From positions 1 through 61,332 of the IMG/VR virus record IMGVR_UViG_3300017996_000001: 61,332 bases of DNA; one strand, written 5' to 3'. The position numbers and the translations under genes are program-made. The stretch is from a virus. Taxonomy: Duplodnaviria > Caudoviricetes. The notes beneath the pieces are model-generated. The model did no database searches. It saw only the letters and a program-made list of their open reading frames with translations, and had not been told where the DNA came from. Numbering within the stretch: position 1 is the first letter of the stretch; each line of letters opens with the position of its first letter. Of this stretch, positions 36,874 through 46,060 are shown piece after piece.

Positions 36874-37304
36874 CAGGTCGCTCCCGCAGCAGGAAAGAAC
36901 GTAACCACAGGTGCAGTCCCGGTCCAAGTCACAGTCACCTGATCTGTGTAGGTCACATTTACAGCTCCACCAGTAGTCCCAGACCCAATAGCCTGAAAGC
37001 TAGTTCCCTGATCTCGGCTTAGCGCCAGCGCGCCGCTGCTAGCTACCAGCACTCCCGAACTCGGAGCTATGAACGTAAACGGACTAGCGGCTAGGGTCTG
37101 CCCTATTGCTGCTGGGCCCTGAGTTCTTACCAACTGCGCCAGCGCGATTAGGAATCGATACCAGACCTGAGTAATGAGCCCTACGGCTGCTGGAGTACCA
37201 AATTCGTTCCCGCTCCCTAGCTGCCCATTCTCGCTCGTCAGTGGATCAGTAGGTCTTGGAAATCCCTGCTGGCCTACTGCTGTTTGTGGAGTTGGATTTG
37301 CCAA
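36873..37304 (-). CDS. Tail needle/plug-like protein (gp26 position)
   Basis: ITQVWYRFL motif; directly follows the gp10-like gene. Confidence 0.6.
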   Translation of the reverse strand: MANPTPQTAVGQQGFPRPTDPLTSENGQLGSGNEFGTPAAVGLITQVWYRFLIALAQLVRTQGPAAIGQTLAASPFTFIAPSSGVLVASSGALALSRDQGTSFQAIGSGTTGGAVNVTYTDQVTVTWTGTAPVVTFFPAAGAT

Positions 37305-37313
37305 GATCTTGCC

Positions 37314-38804
37314 CTACTTCGTCGCTAGCTCTGCGTCAACCCAGGCACCTTGGAGCGCCGCCGGGCCGGCAAAACTATAATTTACCTCGAAGACTCGATC
37401 CCGCGCCAGCCCAAGGCCCTTCCAAGTCGGCCGAGTCAGATAGTGTCCCGTGGCTCCTGCACTCTGCAAGATCGTGTTCCCCCAAGTCTTTCCCCTCGTA
37501 TCACTCCACCTAAGCCCAACCTGGGGCGGATTGCCGTTCAGATCCGCCGGGCCGTTGCCACACTCCAGATCCAGCATGAAACTCCGAAACACTAGTTCCA
37601 GCCCGTTGGCTAGAACCATCTGCCCCTGAGAGGTTCTTCCCGCCACAATATGAGGAAAACCTCGGATATACGAGATAGGGCCATTATCCCCACTAACCTG
37701 ATCTGTATAATAATTAGGGTCCAGCGCGTATAAGGTTCCATTTTGCCAGTCTCCTACCACATTAGTTCCATATATGAACGCATGGCAGTTAGACCGATCA
37801 CGGTTCAGATTCCCAGCCTGGTCGGTCCATGCCCTCTGATGCCAATCCTGAGTTGATTCATCAAACACCCAAGTCTCGTTCCCACTAGGGAAGATAAGGA
37901 CGTAGAAGACATGGCCCCCCTGCTGATATGTGTATCCAATCGCGTCAGTAATTGATCCATTTGCTGCCATTTGTTGAATTGCGTATTCCAGAGCATGGTT
38001 TGAGATTCGTTCATTAGAATATCCTCTCTGGCGGACTACGACTCCCTGGCCTTGCAAATCAGAGCTAAGCCAGTAAACCGCGATGTCTTGATAGGCGATA
38101 GAGTATGGAGCTGCGCAACCATGTTCGATGTAAGCCCCAGGTAGCTTGGCAAACGGGAATAGTGCTCCCCCCGCATCGTACCAGATTTCTCCCTTCAGTT
38201 GACCAATCAGCAGAATCTGATCATGATTGACCATCAGAGTCACCAGCGGATCAGGATACCCGACCTTGCCGGCGGTGTAGAGAGGATCGAAGATCAGCGA
38301 GTTGGAGTGAGTAGATCCAAAGTTTACGGTATTCGGCAGGTTCCATAGTACGAAGGTGTCGATATAGTCAACCCTGGTTGCCCCCACAAATGTCCCAGTT
38401 GAATCGACGATCTGGCTAAACGCATTATTGCTCATTTGAATCTGGTAGCCCACCGGGCTCGAATCTACCAGCAGGATATCAATCCCGTTGTCGATGAACG
38501 AAACTGGATTGTTATTTGGACTAACCAAGGCTCCAATTTGTGTCAGGAAGAATCCAGGGCTAATGAAAAAGACTCGATTCCCGATGACACAATAGCCATT
38601 GCCATTGCTGGCACGATACAGCCCGCGAACCACAGCAGCTTGTGGCCCAGATACCAGCTTGCGAAAGCCTGGTCGCTGGTAGTGCGTAACTGGAGTTGGA
38701 GAGTCCTTCGGATTGCGTTCTGGATACAGATTCACACAGCGCTGAGCATTGGCTATAATGCTCCTCGCTACGTAGGATCCACCGATGAGTTGAAGGCGCT
38801 CCAA
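37314..38804 (-). CDS. Tail hub / packaged-DNA stabilisation protein (P22 gp10-like)
   Basis: AQRCVNLYPE, RISNHALE, GHVFYVL, LRWSDTRGKTW, GLARDRVFEV. Confidence 0.9.
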   Translation of the reverse strand: MERLQLIGGSYVARSIIANAQRCVNLYPERNPKDSPTPVTHYQRPGFRKLVSGPQAAVVRGLYRASNGNGYCVIGNRVFFISPGFFLTQIGALVSPNNNPVSFIDNGIDILLVDSSPVGYQIQMSNNAFSQIVDSTGTFVGATRVDYIDTFVLWNLPNTVNFGSTHSNSLIFDPLYTAGKVGYPDPLVTLMVNHDQILLIGQLKGEIWYDAGGALFPFAKLPGAYIEHGCAAPYSIAYQDIAVYWLSSDLQGQGVVVRQRGYSNERISNHALEYAIQQMAANGSITDAIGYTYQQGGHVFYVLIFPSGNETWVFDESTQDWHQRAWTDQAGNLNRDRSNCHAFIYGTNVVGDWQNGTLYALDPNYYTDQVSGDNGPISYIRGFPHIVAGRTSQGQMVLANGLELVFRSFMLDLECGNGPADLNGNPPQVGLRWSDTRGKTWGNTILQSAGATGHYLTRPTWKGLGLARDRVFEVNYSFAGPAALQGAWVDAELATK

Positions 38805-38816
38805 AGCCGGGGCTCC

Positions 38817-39248
38817 TTAGCTCTGCTGGGATTTCCAGCGACCAATCGCAGTCGAGCTGAAGACATTATATCCATTCGCAGCAATGTCTACATAGCCGTT
38901 AGCCGAGCTACCTGCAGCATTTACCAGCGTATCCGCTACATTGCCGTTGTTGGGATTATTTTGGTCAGCCCAGACCCGCAGACTTGCCGCACCAGAGTTA
39001 ATAACTGTGATCTCATTACCGCCAATCGCTGGTGGAAGCACAGCTGAGTCTGCGTTAGTTGCCACAGTAGTGAACTCAGCAATGTAGGTCACGATCGGAG
39101 TGGCCAGTGGAGCCAAGCCACCTGCATGAGCCACGAGTCCAGACTGAGAACTAAGACTCATCTGAACTATCGCCAGACAGTCTCCGCCATCCACCAGCCG
39201 TGAGCCGGGGATGAAGCTCTTAAAATAATTCATGATGCTGAAGGCCAT
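38817..39248 (-). CDS. Small structural (decoration-like) protein
   Basis: AHAGG...TVATNADSAVLP beta-rich motif; position in the module. Confidence 0.65.
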   Translation of the reverse strand: MAFSIMNYFKSFIPGSRLVDGGDCLAIVQMSLSSQSGLVAHAGGLAPLATPIVTYIAEFTTVATNADSAVLPPAIGGNEITVINSGAASLRVWADQNNPNNGNVADTLVNAAGSSANGYVDIAANGYNVFSSTAIGRWKSQQS

Positions 39249-39249
39249 C

Positions 39250-40011
39250 CTAGTAACTCCTATCGCTGAATATGTTATAGATCCCAGGGCGATTCAGATC
39301 CGCTGGCATGGTGAGTTGCGCAATTGCTGTATTCGCCCCGCGCAGGACGTTTAGGGAATTCTTCGCCAGCTCCGGAACCATATCGCCCGGATAGGTTCCA
39401 ATGCCATACTTCGGCCGCAGGCGCAGGGCCAGGTTATAGAGCATCACGGAGTAGTACTCGTAAGGCAGATTGAACTTAACTGCCTGATTTGCAAACTGGT
39501 TCGGCAGCTGTTCCTTGATTAGGATATTGACCCCATAGATATTGGCCTGAGGCACTGGATAGATATGCAGAGTGCCAAGAGGCCAACCTGGATCATAATA
39601 AATATAGGTTGGAAAGCTGACTAGCTTCTTGAGTGCAATGCGATTGAAGTCCTCAAAGCTCTGCAAGAGTTCCAGTGGGTAGTCGATTTGATTCGGCTGG
39701 CTTTGTGTCAACTGGCGCAGAAATCCAGATTCAAGTTTGTCTGGCCGGGCACTCTGCACTCCTGTATCATAGTCGCCCCCAGGACCGACTGAGTACGTGT
39801 AGGCCCCAGTACTAGTCACCAGAATATTAACCAGATGATAGACTAGCCAGCGCTTGCGCTCCCACTCCTGCAGCATGAACTGCAGCCGTGCCCAGGCGTC
39901 GTTGAGATCCTCGGCCAAGGGAGACTGTCCTACACCTACAACTCCAGCCTCTTTCAAAGCCGCAGAGCAAATGTCCAGAACCGTAACTGCCCCTGGCTCG
40001 AGGATTGCCAT
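39250..40011 (-). CDS. Head-tail adaptor (P22 gp4-like)
   Basis: DICSAALKEAGVVGVGQ..AEDLND...YNLALRL. Confidence 0.82.
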   Translation of the reverse strand: MAILEPGAVTVLDICSAALKEAGVVGVGQSPLAEDLNDAWARLQFMLQEWERKRWLVYHLVNILVTSTGAYTYSVGPGGDYDTGVQSARPDKLESGFLRQLTQSQPNQIDYPLELLQSFEDFNRIALKKLVSFPTYIYYDPGWPLGTLHIYPVPQANIYGVNILIKEQLPNQFANQAVKFNLPYEYYSVMLYNLALRLRPKYGIGTYPGDMVPELAKNSLNVLRGANTAIAQLTMPADLNRPGIYNIFSDRSY

Positions 40012-40014
40012 GGG

Positions 40015-40497
40015 CTAGACTCCCTTGGACTTGACTATGTTGCCAGAAGCCCGCTGATCCGCCAGCTTGGCCGCGTTCATAGCATCCAATTGCAACTGCA
40101 GCTCCGCGATCTTAGCCTGCTGGTCCGAGATCACCGAGTCACTGCTCATAGCCGGCGCGGCCTTTCCGCCAGCTGCCAGGGACTTGGCGGGATGATTGTG
40201 CCAGCCGAGGGCAAGATACTTCTTCTCCTCAGCCTCATCAGCCACAATCACATGGACCAGCTCTCGCTGCTCGTTCACTGCCTTCGGCCCCATCGGAGTC
40301 ACAATGATCTCAGCTGGAACTACAATCCTCTCATCACCATCAGGGGAGTACAGCATCTTAGGATACTGCACCGGCCCTTTATACAGCGATGCGTTAGTCT
40401 CAGGGTCCCTCGAATCCTGGTTCGCCGGATTGATCTCAAATGCTCCCTTCTCTTCCATCATGTCGTAGATCGTGAATCGTTTGGCAGCTCTCGCCAT
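40015..40497 (-). CDS. Post-capsid protein with YPKMLY...GW motif and coiled coil
   Basis: ORF packing and motif. Confidence 0.75.
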   Translation of the reverse strand: MARAAKRFTIYDMMEEKGAFEINPANQDSRDPETNASLYKGPVQYPKMLYSPDGDERIVVPAEIIVTPMGPKAVNEQRELVHVIVADEAEEKKYLALGWHNHPAKSLAAGGKAAPAMSSDSVISDQQAKIAELQLQLDAMNAAKLADQRASGNIVKSKGV

Positions 40498-40499
40498 GA

Positions 40500-40661
40500 C
40501 TACTTGCCTTTCTTAGTTGGAAGGGCCTTGATGTTCCTTCCCTTATCCGCGGCAGCGAACTCTTTCCCTACCTTCTGCGGAATGCCGACCTTCTTAGCAA
40601 AAGCCGGATTATGCGCTACACCTTCCATCAGTCTATTTTGACTTCGAGATTTGCTCGGCAT
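40500..40661 (-). CDS. Small basic virion protein
   Basis: MPSKSRSQNRLMEGVAHNPAFAKKVGIPQKVGKEF, a common phage head-module family. Confidence 0.8.
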   Translation of the reverse strand: MPSKSRSQNRLMEGVAHNPAFAKKVGIPQKVGKEFAAADKGRNIKALPTKKGK

Positions 40662-41031
40662 CAGGGCTCTCCAGTGGTAGCTCAGGCTCAGGCTCAGGCT
40701 TCGGAACTGGGGCTCCAAGACTAGCATGAGTATGCAGCGGCGTAAGCCGCCAGCCTTGCTTCAGCATCTTGGCTTCCATGTCCTCATTCGTGACCGTGAC
40801 TGGAGCCGGGAACATATCGTGATAGAGCATCTTGGGATACTCTTCGAAGTCTGGAGCATGGGGATGCTCCGAGTCTGCCCAATCCAGCCTTAGCACGAGG
40901 CCCAGCCCTGCCAGATGATTGATCGCATCATGAGCCTGGTCTAGCATAACATGCGCCAGGCCAATGCGCTGGGGATAGCCTGCAAGCCGAGCTTCAATCT
41001 CGGCTTGCAGTTCTGCTCGTTTCGTCGCCAT
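40633..41031 (-). CDS. Post-capsid protein with a second YPKMLY...GW motif
   Basis: ATG at 41031 with GAGGAGG RBS. Confidence 0.75.
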   Translation of the reverse strand: MATKRAELQAEIEARLAGYPQRIGLAHVMLDQAHDAINHLAGLGLVLRLDWADSEHPHAPDFEEYPKMLYHDMFPAPVTVTNEDMEAKMLKQGWRLTPLHTHASLGAPVPKPEPEPELPLESPDAEQISKSK

Positions 41032-41050
41032 GATTCTGTGCCTCCTCGGC

Positions 41051-42274
41051 TTAGATCTGGTCAGCCACCACCACTGCCCACTCAGGTCTGATCCAGAGAT
41101 AGCCATAGAGCACATCCAGTCGGGTAATAAGCTGGTCAGTTCCGATAAAGTAATCAGTGACCATTCTCATCGTGACTCCATCGAACTGATCCCTCGCGGC
41201 CTCATGAACTCCCTTGGGCAGTTCCATGTCCGCAGTAGCCAGCGTAACCGCCTCCGGCGCGTAGGCGAAGTTCTTGCGGTACTGTGTGCTAGCTGTCAGG
41301 CCGTTGGTCGGATTAACCGCCGCGCCATTGGCAGGGCTCACCGTGACCGTCTGATACTGCACCTGCTGACCACCAACACCGGGCACCAGCGCGGGATAGA
41401 TTGGAATCGAAACTGCTCCGACGCCCACATTGGCTGTCACTGCGAACTGGCGAAGCTCACCAGTGCTTTGCTTGGTAATCCGGTTGACCGCATAGACTCC
41501 GGCAATGGTAATAATATCACCGACGTTGAGTCCGGCCGCCAGCGCGTTGACCGTGAGATTAAGTCCAGTCTGGTTGGCTCCGTTAACTGTCGCTGAGCCC
41601 TGAGCCAGCGCGCCATCTGTATGGACAATGGCCGTCTGGTCTTTCATCCAGACAAATCCAAGGGCATCATACATGCGCCCGGTTACATACTGGCGGGAGA
41701 TTTCGCTGGCCGGATTGAGCAAGCCAGACAGACTTGCAACCACACGGGCCTCAGTTCTCGGGCTGTTCACAATCTTGCGATTGGCAATCGGCCCAGAGTT
41801 GAGATCCAGGCTCGCCCCAGCATTCAGATACGTGCTGGCAATCGGGCTCAGGATATTGTTGTTGACATCCTGGTTCGCGACGAAGTTGCAGATGCCACCC
41901 TCGCTACCAGACATGATGTCAACTGCGACGGCGCCAGCAAGGTTGTTGACCATAGGGGCCAGGACTCGCCGATCGTAGTCATCGAGGCTGAGGGTCCGAT
42001 CAGCGGTCGAGTAGGCCACGTCCACGTGTTTCTGGGTCGCAAGGGTGAGGGTGGTGGATTGCTCCGCAGTATCCTGGACACTCAGCGCAGGACCGGTCGT
42101 AACTGTGAAGTCATTCGGCAGTCTGATCCGCAGCGTGGAGCCGATCTTGGCCCCCGAGACCGCAAAACTCTCATCATATTGCATATCCACATTCTGGATA
42201 AACGCATTAGAGTTCTTCCAGAGGCGCACGGCTTCTCTGGTGATCAGGTTAATGGTAAGCAGTGTGTTAGCCAT
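41051..42274 (-). CDS. Major capsid protein (P22 coat family)
   Basis: MANTLLTINLITREA...KIGSTLRIRLP...RLDVLYG...IRPEWA. Confidence 0.93.
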   Translation of the reverse strand: MANTLLTINLITREAVRLWKNSNAFIQNVDMQYDESFAVSGAKIGSTLRIRLPNDFTVTTGPALSVQDTAEQSTTLTLATQKHVDVAYSTADRTLSLDDYDRRVLAPMVNNLAGAVAVDIMSGSEGGICNFVANQDVNNNILSPIASTYLNAGASLDLNSGPIANRKIVNSPRTEARVVASLSGLLNPASEISRQYVTGRMYDALGFVWMKDQTAIVHTDGALAQGSATVNGANQTGLNLTVNALAAGLNVGDIITIAGVYAVNRITKQSTGELRQFAVTANVGVGAVSIPIYPALVPGVGGQQVQYQTVTVSPANGAAVNPTNGLTASTQYRKNFAYAPEAVTLATADMELPKGVHEAARDQFDGVTMRMVTDYFIGTDQLITRLDVLYGYLWIRPEWAVVVADQI

Positions 42275-42359
42275 CTGGATAATCCTTTCAGGAAATGGTG
42301 CCAGGCTCCTCGCTGGCGACTCAGGGTTTCGCGCTGGATCAGGCGCTAGTTAATCCGAT

Positions 42360-42446
42360 CAGGAGATAAGGGTCTCCAGAACCCATCAGAGCTTAAGGTG
42401 CTCAGAACCCAACAGGAGGATTTAAGGTCTCCCCAAGAAGACCCAG
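42360..42446 (-). promoter_or_regulatory. Three tandem hairpin units in the coat-gene leader
   Basis: TGGGT(T/CT)..CT spacer plus a stem with a CCTTA loop, three times. Confidence 0.6.
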
Positions 42447-42458
42447 ATGGCTAGCAAG

Positions 42459-42773
42459 CTAATTGAATTTATTATATTCAGCCCAAAGGGCCTTATCCTT
42501 CTCCGAGATCTCTTCACCATTTACAGCTGTAGTAGCTCTACGGCGAAATAGCTTAAGGATTTCTCCTGGATGAGCCTTCTCAAATGCACAGCCGGCTAGA
42601 TTGAGCAACCCAATCTTAACAGCGGCTTGACGCACTGGCTTCTTAATCTCCACATGTATCTGGTGCTTAGGCCACCAGAGCACTACAGCTCCTGGAGCCC
42701 GACGGACCTCAATCTCTGGAGGAACTTGATATGGATGGTCTTGCCAGACTGGATAGTCAGTTACCAGTTCCAT
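42459..42773 (-). CDS. Hypothetical protein between scaffold and coat
   Basis: TGATG coupling to the scaffold stop. Confidence 0.65.
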   Translation of the reverse strand: MELVTDYPVWQDHPYQVPPEIEVRRAPGAVVLWWPKHQIHVEIKKPVRQAAVKIGLLNLAGCAFEKAHPGEILKLFRRRATTAVNGEEISEKDKALWAEYNKFN

Positions 42774-43606
42774 CAGTGCATCTTCCTTCTTTCTGCTACC
42801 TGGGCCGCACGCCGCGCCATCCACTCAGCAGTGCTAAGTCTGTCGGCCTTCTCTGGATCATCTGGCTGGATAGCTGCATGGCTTGCCGGGCGACTGCCCA
42901 CCGGCGTAATTGGCTTTGGAGCAGCAGATAGGGTCTTACCGCCCGCCGGCTTGAGAGCCAGCTTAGTCAGCTCCACTGCCATTTTGGCCGGCGGCAGATT
43001 TGCAATTCTGGTGGCCTCATTGAGATCCTTGCCCAGGGCATACAGCAGCTTGGGAGCCTCTCCAGTGTCAATGGCCGCAGCGAGGAACTGTTGATAGTTT
43101 CTAAGACTCACCGGATCATCCCGATCCACCAGCGCAGTTGCGAGGCCATCAGGCCCCTTAATCACCGAGTCGAAGTCAGGATACAACTTCGCCCCCTCGG
43201 CCGCAATGCGGTTGCAGTCGGAATTGAACTGAGCCTCTGCTGCTTTCTGGCTAGCCTTGGCTTCGACTAGCTTCTCAATCTCTTCCTCGGTCTTCGTCCC
43301 CCCCGGCTGGGTATCTGGTGTCTGCCGAGCCTTGAGCAGCTCCTCACGCAGTTCCTTGAGCTGCGCAGCTTGCTTGGCAATCCGCTTGTGCCTCCAGTCC
43401 TCTACTGGCTTCTCTGGCTCCCCGTCCTCGACCGCAGCTGCAGTTGGCTCAGTGGACTCTCCACCCTCGACAACAACTGGGGTAGCAGGAGTACTTTCCC
43501 CAGAGCCGTCAGCGGGAACACTACTGGCAACTGGAGTTTCTCCAGCTCCTGCCACCGGATTTGCTGCATCAACTGACACTGCGGGGTCATTTTCCACCTT
43601 GTCCAT
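42773..43606 (-). CDS. Scaffolding protein
   Basis: Acidic disordered N-terminus, coiled coil, C-terminal SAAPKPITPV...EWMARR. Confidence 0.85.
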   Translation of the reverse strand: MDKVENDPAVSVDAANPVAGAGETPVASSVPADGSGESTPATPVVVEGGESTEPTAAAVEDGEPEKPVEDWRHKRIAKQAAQLKELREELLKARQTPDTQPGGTKTEEEIEKLVEAKASQKAAEAQFNSDCNRIAAEGAKLYPDFDSVIKGPDGLATALVDRDDPVSLRNYQQFLAAAIDTGEAPKLLYALGKDLNEATRIANLPPAKMAVELTKLALKPAGGKTLSAAPKPITPVGSRPASHAAIQPDDPEKADRLSTAEWMARRAAQVAERRKMH

Positions 43607-43619
43607 AGCTGGGTTTCTC

Positions 43620-43958
43620 CTATTGCACTCTGGCTGGGCCGATGAGCATATGCGGATCACTCCGCCGCTTTTTCAACGTGTTGTCTTTTATGAGAGCATC
43701 TAAGACCTGCTCTTTCAAGCCTTCTTCCATGGGTCCGGCCAACATGGCCGCGAGCGTGGCTCGTGCTTGGGGAATCAATGGTCCCCAATTTGCATTCACG
43801 AATCGAGCTTGCATAGCCTTGGCAGTCGCCCCAGGATTCTTAGATTTCCAGATGGCATACCAGTCATTGTCCTTCATCATGGTTGAGTAGAGTTCCTGGG
43901 CCATGCTCTGAGCTGTCTCAGCGACAAGTTTATGGCAGTGGTAGATTGGCTTGGGCAT
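43620..43958 (-). CDS. Hypothetical head-module protein
   Basis: TGATG coupling; GGAGG RBS. Confidence 0.75.
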   Translation of the reverse strand: MPKPIYHCHKLVAETAQSMAQELYSTMMKDNDWYAIWKSKNPGATAKAMQARFVNANWGPLIPQARATLAAMLAGPMEEGLKEQVLDALIKDNTLKKRRSDPHMLIGPARVQ

Positions 43959-45934
43959 CAGGGTCCTCCTGGCTGGATGTCAAATGGGTCATGGCCGACA
44001 GGCCGAAGACTAGTCGAGAACGGATCATGAGGCACTGGCTTGATAATCACTGGCTGGTCCGACTGGTCCTGATCCTGGCCAGCCAGCGGCACCCCGGCAG
44101 CTCTTGTCAGCACTGGACTTTCCCGATGCTCAGGAGCAAAGGCAGCAAACTGACTACGGAGTCTGTTGGGGTGCATGATCACGTACTGGGTCTGCGGGCC
44201 ACCCACATCTCGGATATTGTTGACTACCAGCAAATCCCCGCCTATCTTCCTAGTATGCTCAATCAGCTTGCTCATCACCCCGCCGTCATAGCTAGGATCC
44301 CCAGCGACATCTGGCCAGTTAACTGCAAATGGCTTGTCCGCGCGGGCGAACATAGGAAAGGTCTCGGCATGAAGCCCACCAGCATACATGTTGGACACCT
44401 GCGGAGTATCCGCAGCAAAGATGCCACGCTCATTGGGTTTGCTGGCTGGGTCAGTCCAAGCTGGTTCTTCTTCTGGCATTTTCCACTGCGAGCCGAATCC
44501 AGGATCAGTCTCTAAACCCTTGTACAGTGGAAGGTTAGTATTGAAGCCCAGAGACTGAGCTCTTGCCAGCTGAGCCTGATAGGCCGGATCTGGCACCTCG
44601 GCCGGGCGGCGGAACAAGCTATGCAGGTCTTGGAAGTTAATCGGATAGACTGCTTCCTCGGGAGACTTTATGTCTGGTGGAGTCCAGGACGGGGCTGTAG
44701 CCCACTTGGCAGCTGGAGGCTTGGCAGGGAGAGGTTTAGTGATTGGAGCCTTTGGAGCCGCTGGTTTTCCTGCTCCAGACATCTGAGCAATGTCTAGTTC
44801 TTGGCCGGTCTGATTATGCAACATGCCTGTAAGACTAACTTCATATAACTTATCTACCTCTTCCTTAGTCCAAGTAGTTGGCATACCTTTCGGTGTTGCA
44901 GCTTGCATTGTTTGCTTCGCCAGATTATTCCCTGCCTCGGCATAATTATATGATCCATGCTGCTTTGCGTATTCTATGACTGGATAGGCATATTCCTCTA
45001 AGTGTTCCGGCAGTGAGTTGATAAGCTTCACATCAGATAGGTAGAGTGGAGTAGCCTTCGGAACCTCACTAGCTGGAAGCATTGTCGCCGCTGCTTCGGT
45101 GTCAGGATGGACACCGTTACTAGTGAACCAACCACTCATATGGCTCTGTGGAATATGGTTCGCATCATGGGCATCTATTACTGCTGCCACATGAGCTGGA
45201 TCCTCCGGGTCCGCCATCTTACCATTCACGATCCAATCGACTGGAAGTTCAGGAGCCTTAGTTGGATGGCCGAGGCTAAAGTTGGTTGGAGCTGGAGCTT
45301 GCCCCTTCGCCTGAGCTGTCCAGGGTTTCTGGTCTAGCTCATTATCCTCTTTGTTGTCAAGCCAATCCATAATTGAGCTAGTTGCATTTTTATACGAACT
45401 TTGAGTGAAGTTTCCCCCCTTAAGCATTCCCAGTTGTTGAGCAGCTAAGAGTGGATCATAGTGTTGTTTATCTACCATCTGGCCAATAATATCTACTGCA
45501 GCATCCTTTAGCTCATCTGGCAGGCTATCTAGAAAAGGAGCCATTCCTGACAACTTCCCGCCGAAAGAATAAGGAGCAAACCCCGTCGGCTTTCCTCCCA
45601 GTCCAACCTTGAGGGTCCCAGCCTCTCCCCCTCCAGTCAGCCCCCCTAGGCTCAGCATCCCCGCCAGCTGCTGCACACTAGCAAAGCCCTGAGGGCTCAA
45701 CGGATTCACCTGCCCAGTCATCACATCATGCGGCAGCGCCAGCGCATTGCCAATGCCAGACACGAAATTCTGAGCTTCCTGCCCAGTGGCCCCTAGCACA
45801 GCCCGACCGATCTTAATCCATTCTGGATCGCTCAGGGCATTATGCTCTGGCAACGGCGGAGCCAGCCCAGCAGCATAAGCTCCGAGGGCATTAGTCGAGT
45901 CCTGGTCCTGGGGGGCGAATTCGAGACTTGGCAC
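43958..45934 (-). CDS. Putative internal virion protein with a C-terminal ADP-ribosyltransferase-like (ART-PolyVal-type) domain
   Basis: RAQSLGF...LYKG...GIFAADTPQVSNMYA...NNIRD...YVIMHPNRLRSQFAAF. Confidence 0.65.
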   Translation of the reverse strand: MPSLEFAPQDQDSTNALGAYAAGLAPPLPEHNALSDPEWIKIGRAVLGATGQEAQNFVSGIGNALALPHDVMTGQVNPLSPQGFASVQQLAGMLSLGGLTGGGEAGTLKVGLGGKPTGFAPYSFGGKLSGMAPFLDSLPDELKDAAVDIIGQMVDKQHYDPLLAAQQLGMLKGGNFTQSSYKNATSSIMDWLDNKEDNELDQKPWTAQAKGQAPAPTNFSLGHPTKAPELPVDWIVNGKMADPEDPAHVAAVIDAHDANHIPQSHMSGWFTSNGVHPDTEAAATMLPASEVPKATPLYLSDVKLINSLPEHLEEYAYPVIEYAKQHGSYNYAEAGNNLAKQTMQAATPKGMPTTWTKEEVDKLYEVSLTGMLHNQTGQELDIAQMSGAGKPAAPKAPITKPLPAKPPAAKWATAPSWTPPDIKSPEEAVYPINFQDLHSLFRRPAEVPDPAYQAQLARAQSLGFNTNLPLYKGLETDPGFGSQWKMPEEEPAWTDPASKPNERGIFAADTPQVSNMYAGGLHAETFPMFARADKPFAVNWPDVAGDPSYDGGVMSKLIEHTRKIGGDLLVVNNIRDVGGPQTQYVIMHPNRLRSQFAAFAPEHRESPVLTRAAGVPLAGQDQDQSDQPVIIKPVPHDPFSTSLRPVGHDPFDIQPGGP

Positions 45935-46060
45935 TCAGGTTCTCCCGATTCTCTTACAGCGTTTGCAGGTCCTATACCAGCCGTGGACTCCCTTTGGCTG
46001 AGTCCAGGCATGTAGCCCCAGCCAGCAACACAGTCTCCCTATCCAACGCCAGCGAGTCAC
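45935..46060 (-). CDS. 41-aa Cys/His peptide, DUF1660-like (not in the ORF track)
   Basis: GTGA overlap with the upstream stop; MTRWRWIGRLCCWLGLHAW...RTCKRCKRIGRT; its stop abuts the next GTG. Confidence 0.6.
   Translation of the reverse strand: MTRWRWIGRLCCWLGLHAWTQPKGVHGWYRTCKRCKRIGRT

Noticed and set aside
42360-42446. Mini CRISPR array
   Set aside because: The units are under 35 bp with no unique spacers and no cas operon; the Cas4-like nuclease sits in an ordinary recombination module.
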